Shown piece by piece: positions 25,102-28,778 of a stretch of 28,778 nt of DNA. The DNA comes from Spirochaetota bacterium (lineage in GTDB: Bacteria > Spirochaetota > UBA4802 > JAFGDQ01). Location: positions 1 to 28,778 of the forward strand of contig JAZDKB010000012.1 of NCBI GenBank assembly GCA_043803405.1, in the 5' to 3' direction. How positions within the stretch are numbered: position 1 is the first letter of the stretch; each line of letters opens with the position of its first letter. The translations under genes and the position numbers were made by a program. The notes below the pieces were generated by a model. It did no database searches, was not told where the DNA came from, and saw only the letters and a list, made by a program, of their open reading frames with translations.

Positions 25102-26952
25102 TCAGTAAATACTCGTATACAGGCCTTCTTTAAAAACAACAGTTGGTGAAGCTACATTACTTATATCGATAATTGCCATGCCATAAGGTCCGTTTGCTAT
25201 ATAAGCATAATTCCCGCTAAGAGAAATGCCATATGCAGCTCCGTTAAAATTCAAATTTCCGGCTTCTGCCGGGTCGGTGGGATCGGTTATGTCCAGTATT
25301 ATCAGGCCATTTGTCTGATCAGCTACGTATGCGTAATTCCCGCTAATTGTAACATCCCATGCCTGGCCTGTATCATACGTTACTGCTGTAAGACTTGCAG
25401 GATTGCTGATGTTAACAATCACTAGTCCGTTGTCATCATCACATACATAAGCATAGTTCCCGCTTATCTTTACACGATGCGCGTAACCTGCCGTATCGTA
25501 ATGACCGGCTTCGCTCAGGCTGGATAAATTGCTTATATCAACAATTACCAGACCATTATCTGTGTCAGCTACATACGCATAGCTGCCGTTTACCGCAACA
25601 CCTGAAGCAGTTCCAACTGTATCGAAATGACCTGCTAATGACGGGGAAGCGTTATTGGAAACATCAACAATGACCAGTCCGTTATCGCTGTCAGTCACGT
25701 ACGCATAATTACCGTTAACTGCCACTCCACAGGCATAACCGTCGGTATCGAACTGCCCGATCTGCTTTGGAGTAGCCGGATCAGAAATATCAAAAATAAG
25801 AAGACCGTTATCGGAGTCAGCTATATATGCATAGCTCCCGTTCGCAACAACACTGGATATATCGCTGCCCGTGGAATAATTCCCGGAATCCGAGGGGTGC
25901 AGCGGATCTGCGATGTTATCTATCAATAGTCCTCCGGCTGACGCAGCACGAAAGGCATAGCTGCCGTTAACGCAAATACTGCGTGAATCGCCCAGCATGT
26001 AAATCCCTGCCTCTGCAGGATGTACCGGATCACTTACATTAACTATCACAAGCCCGTTCATATAATCAGCTACATACGCGTAATCACCGCTTAAGCTGAT
26101 GCCAAACGCACTGCCGGATGTATCATAGTGTCCCGCTTCAGTAATGTTTGATAAATCACTGATATCGAGGATCGCCAGTCCGTTGGCCTTGTCAGCCACA
26201 TAAGCATGATTTTTATCCACGACAACGTCATTGGAAAAACCAGCAGTATCATAATGCCCGGCCTCCGATAAGCTCGACATATTGCTGATATCAACTATGA
26301 CCAGTCCGTTGGAGTTGTCAGCCACATAAGCATAACTTCCTTTTATATAAACATTATTAGCAAAACCAGCAGTATCATAATGCCCTGCTTCAGTACAACT
26401 CGACAGATCGCTTATATCTATAATATAAAGCCCGTTTGCTCCGTCGGCAATGTACGCGTAATTGCCGTCCAGGGCAACCCCGTATGCACTTCCTGCTGTA
26501 TTATACTGACTCATAAAAACAGGAGAGGCAGGATCGCTTATATCAACGATCACAAGTCCGCTTGCACTATCAGCTACATAAGCATAGTTACCTCTGACTG
26601 CCACACCGTAAGCATTGCCGGTATTATAACTTCCAGTTTTCTGCGGATGTACAGGATCACTGATATTAAAAACAACCAGACCTGCTATTCCGTCGGCTAT
26701 ATAGGCATAATTTCCGCTAACGGCAACATCCTGAGCGTCACCGCCGAAATAGCATTTGCTTACTCTTGCCGGATTTGCCGGATCAGTAATATCCATAACA
26801 TGCAGACCGCCTTCGCCCGCAGCAACATACTTATATGTCCTGACCGGTGTCGTCTGGCCTTTAGAGCTGCTGCTTCCTCCTCCGCAAGCTGTAAAGACAA
26901 GCGCCAGCGCAGTGATAAGCAATAAAAAAATTGCCTTAAATAAATTCTTCAT
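25102..26952 (-). CDS. LVIVD-repeat lipoprotein (14 repeats, probable double beta-propeller)
   Basis: Signal MKNLFKAIFLLLITALALVFTA-C with GGAGG RBS supports ATG 26952 rather than 26991; 14 copies of a ~42-aa YAYVAD..GLVIVDIS repeat. Confidence 0.92.
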   Translation of the reverse strand: MKNLFKAIFLLLITALALVFTACGGGSSSSKGQTTPVRTYKYVAAGEGGLHVMDITDPANPARVSKCYFGGDAQDVAVSGNYAYIADGIAGLVVFNISDPVHPQKTGSYNTGNAYGVAVRGNYAYVADSASGLVIVDISDPASPVFMSQYNTAGSAYGVALDGNYAYIADGANGLYIIDISDLSSCTEAGHYDTAGFANNVYIKGSYAYVADNSNGLVIVDISNMSSLSEAGHYDTAGFSNDVVVDKNHAYVADKANGLAILDISDLSNITEAGHYDTSGSAFGISLSGDYAYVADYMNGLVIVNVSDPVHPAEAGIYMLGDSRSICVNGSYAFRAASAGGLLIDNIADPLHPSDSGNYSTGSDISSVVANGSYAYIADSDNGLLIFDISDPATPKQIGQFDTDGYACGVAVNGNYAYVTDSDNGLVIVDVSNNASPSLAGHFDTVGTASGVAVNGSYAYVADTDNGLVIVDISNLSSLSEAGHYDTAGYAHRVKISGNYAYVCDDDNGLVIVNISNPASLTAVTYDTGQAWDVTISGNYAYVADQTNGLIILDITDPTDPAEAGNLNFNGAAYGISLSGNYAYIANGPYGMAIIDISNVASPTVVFKEGLYTSIY

Positions 26953-27062
26953 ATATCTATCCTCCGGATTTTGTTTAATATTTATGTTCAAGAAGTAATG
27001 GATAAACTAAATTACCCTTCTATAATATTATAATTTAGTAAATCAGCATTGTATTGCCATCA

Positions 27063-27166
27063 GTAGAAATACATAGATCAGGATTTTTTTATTTTTTTTA
27101 TTAATGTTCGTGGAAATACATAGACAAAACGTTGCTTATCTTGTCTTTATGGTAGAAGTATATTGA
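27063..27166. promoter_or_regulatory. Three direct-repeat operator-like motifs in the divergent promoter region
   Basis: GTAGAAATACATAGA (27063-27077), GTGGAAATACATAGA (27110-27124), GTAGAAGTATATTGA (27152-27166); minus-strand TATAAT at 27027-27032. Confidence 0.6.
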
Positions 27167-27232
27167 ACTAATTTCAAATAATGATTTTATTTAAATAACT
27201 GATAGCTTATCTGTTTCTTAATTATTCTTACT

Positions 27233-28462
27233 ATGAACCTGCTTGAATTAATATCCGCTTTCTTCGGCATCCTGGCCTTGCTGCTTGGTATTTATATATT
27301 ATATCTCGATCCCAAAAAGCTTATCCATAGATTGTTTTTTTTAATGATGATGCTGCTCGCGTGCTGGCATTTTATTAATGTTGGGGAAATATATTTTAGA
27401 GACAAGGAAACATTTGTTTTCTGGTATAAAATGGGATGCATTGCACTTGTCTTTGTTCCCATGACCCTTCATATTGTAATGCTGATAGTAAAATTAAGCA
27501 GAAAAATAATGGTTCCTTTATTGGCTGTTTTTTACTCCTCGCATGTGTTTTTTCTTTATCAGAATTTTAATCTTAATTTAATGTATAATGACTTTGTCAG
27601 GATTGACGGTTACTGGAATTATATAAGGATCGAGGCAGGGTTCATTCCTGTTGTTTATATGGCCACTTATGCCCTGATATTTATTATTACAATGATCCTG
27701 CTGATCAACTGGCATAGAAAAACAAATTTTCTGCGGGAAAAAAAGCAGAGCTTTGTATTGCTGTTTTCCCTGGTTTTAATATTTATATTTACATTTGTTG
27801 ACTACGTAGTGTTCAGGTTTTTTACAAACCGGGATCTCGGTATATTCGCGCATTATATTTTTATATGGCCTGCAGGGATCGGCATATCCATTATCAGATA
27901 CCGCTTCCTGTCCGTTTCGCCCGGACTTTACTCGCACGATATTTTCGAAAACATAGATGAGTCTGTGCTTGTACTGGATCATAACAAAGATGTAGTATTT
28001 GCGAACTCAGGCGCAAAAAAAGCGATCTTCGGCAATGCTGCGGAATATAAATTCATTCAGGGCTTCGGCAGCGTTGCAGAGGTCGCCGATGAATTATTAA
28101 AGGGACCGGTAAACAGCTGTGCTGAAAATATAGTGGGTGTATATAAAGATAAAACAAAATCCGCGTTCCTGGTGAAATTCTCGGTCATTAAAGATAAATA
28201 CAATGACAGGACAGGCGTGCTCATAATCGCGCAGCAGCTAAAAGGCATAAAGGAATTTACTGCGGAGTATAATATAACGGACAGGGAGCTGGATGTCATT
28301 AAACACGCCGCAAACGGGCTTTCGAGCCGCGAAATTGCCGAAAAATTAAATATAAGCGAAAGGACTATAGAGTCGCATCTGGTGAATATTTATAACAAAC
28401 TGGAAATTAAAAAGAGAGTTGAGCTGATAAATATTTTTAAAAGATATATTTTGCAAAAGTAG
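27233..28462 (+). CDS. Membrane-bound one-component regulator: 7TM sensor (HisKA_7TM-like), PAS-like linker, LuxR HTH
   Basis: About seven hydrophobic segments in residues 1-225 ending IIRYRFL, IFENIDESVLVLD..FAN PAS-like start, C-terminal ITDRELDVI..GLSSREIAEKLNISERTIESHLVNIYNKL. No H-box, ATPase or receiver domain. Confidence 0.88.
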   Translation: MNLLELISAFFGILALLLGIYILYLDPKKLIHRLFFLMMMLLACWHFINVGEIYFRDKETFVFWYKMGCIALVFVPMTLHIVMLIVKLSRKIMVPLLAVFYSSHVFFLYQNFNLNLMYNDFVRIDGYWNYIRIEAGFIPVVYMATYALIFIITMILLINWHRKTNFLREKKQSFVLLFSLVLIFIFTFVDYVVFRFFTNRDLGIFAHYIFIWPAGIGISIIRYRFLSVSPGLYSHDIFENIDESVLVLDHNKDVVFANSGAKKAIFGNAAEYKFIQGFGSVAEVADELLKGPVNSCAENIVGVYKDKTKSAFLVKFSVIKDKYNDRTGVLIIAQQLKGIKEFTAEYNITDRELDVIKHAANGLSSREIAEKLNISERTIESHLVNIYNKLEIKKRVELINIFKRYILQK

Positions 28463-28622
28463 AATTTTAAAATGAACGCTACTTAAAACGTAATGAACGC
28501 TTGGCGGTAAATTCCGGCTTTTCGTAAAACGCGGCGGTTATAAGCCTGAATGGCATAAAAACGTACCTGGAAAATATTATACATTAATTTTGTTTTTGTG
28601 TTTCAATTAGAACAGCGTGAGG

Positions 28623-28778
28623 GCAGGGCTGTCTCACGCTAAGGTGAAGCCGATTGAATTTAGGGATTTGGGATGAAAATCCCCCTAACCCCCTTTAAAA
28701 AAAGGGGGTAAAAAGCTTTCAAACCTCCTTTAATAAAGGAGGTGGCGAACGTAGCGAGCCGGAGGATTTAATCCGGAG
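28623..28778. mobile_element. Second, inverted copy of the MITE/REP-like element at the window start (truncated)
   Basis: Reverse complement of 32-187 with 2 substitutions over 156 bp. Confidence 0.85.

Noticed and set aside
25102..26952. CRISPR array or diversity-generating retroelement TR/VR pair suggested by recurring DNA similarity
   Set aside because: The repeats are in-frame coding LVIVD units without unique spacers. No cas or reverse transcriptase gene, and no adenine-specific mismatch pattern was evident.
299..28299. Short alternative-frame and antisense ORFs in the track (e.g. 7129-7479, 12897-13421, 15088-15537, 19896-20225, 26380-26925)
   Set aside because: They overlap well-supported genes, have no recognisable motifs, and are expected shadow ORFs.
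1..28778. Composite transposon or genomic island bounded by the terminal inverted repeats
   Set aside because: No transposase or integrase is present, and the interior has core genes (lepA, tRNA, ATPase, glgP). A contig break at a multicopy repeat is simpler.

Overview
AT-rich bacterial chromosomal segment. The V-ATPase gene order and CGGG lipoproteins suggest a Spirochaetota-like or other uncultured anaerobe (inference only). Left to right: (1) a cytoplasmic multi-PAS histidine kinase and an NtrC-type sigma-54 response regulator, then a consensus sigma-54 promoter in front of a lone feruloyl-CoA-synthase-like ligase; (2) a V/A-type ATPase operon (E, DUF2764/C, A, B, D, I, K) whose K subunit has a Na+-binding signature, behind a long structured leader; (3) tRNA-Gly(TCC), glgP and lepA; (4) a two-gene heme-copper oxidase superfamily operon with a rebuilt active site, where the helix-VI His and Tyr are both Asp and subunit II lacks the CuA Cys/His ligands, preceded by a perfect Crp/Fnr-type palindrome (best candidate for an unusual system, a gNOR-like or new quinol-dependent NO reductase); (5) a RelE/PBECR-like plus DUF2283 putative toxin-antitoxin pair; (6) two lipoproteins with near-identical signal peptides but unrelated repeat passengers, divergent from a 7TM-PAS-LuxR one-component regulator. 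Intergenic regions hold several families of small palindromic MITE/REP-like elements, one nested, and the two window ends are inverted copies of the same element.
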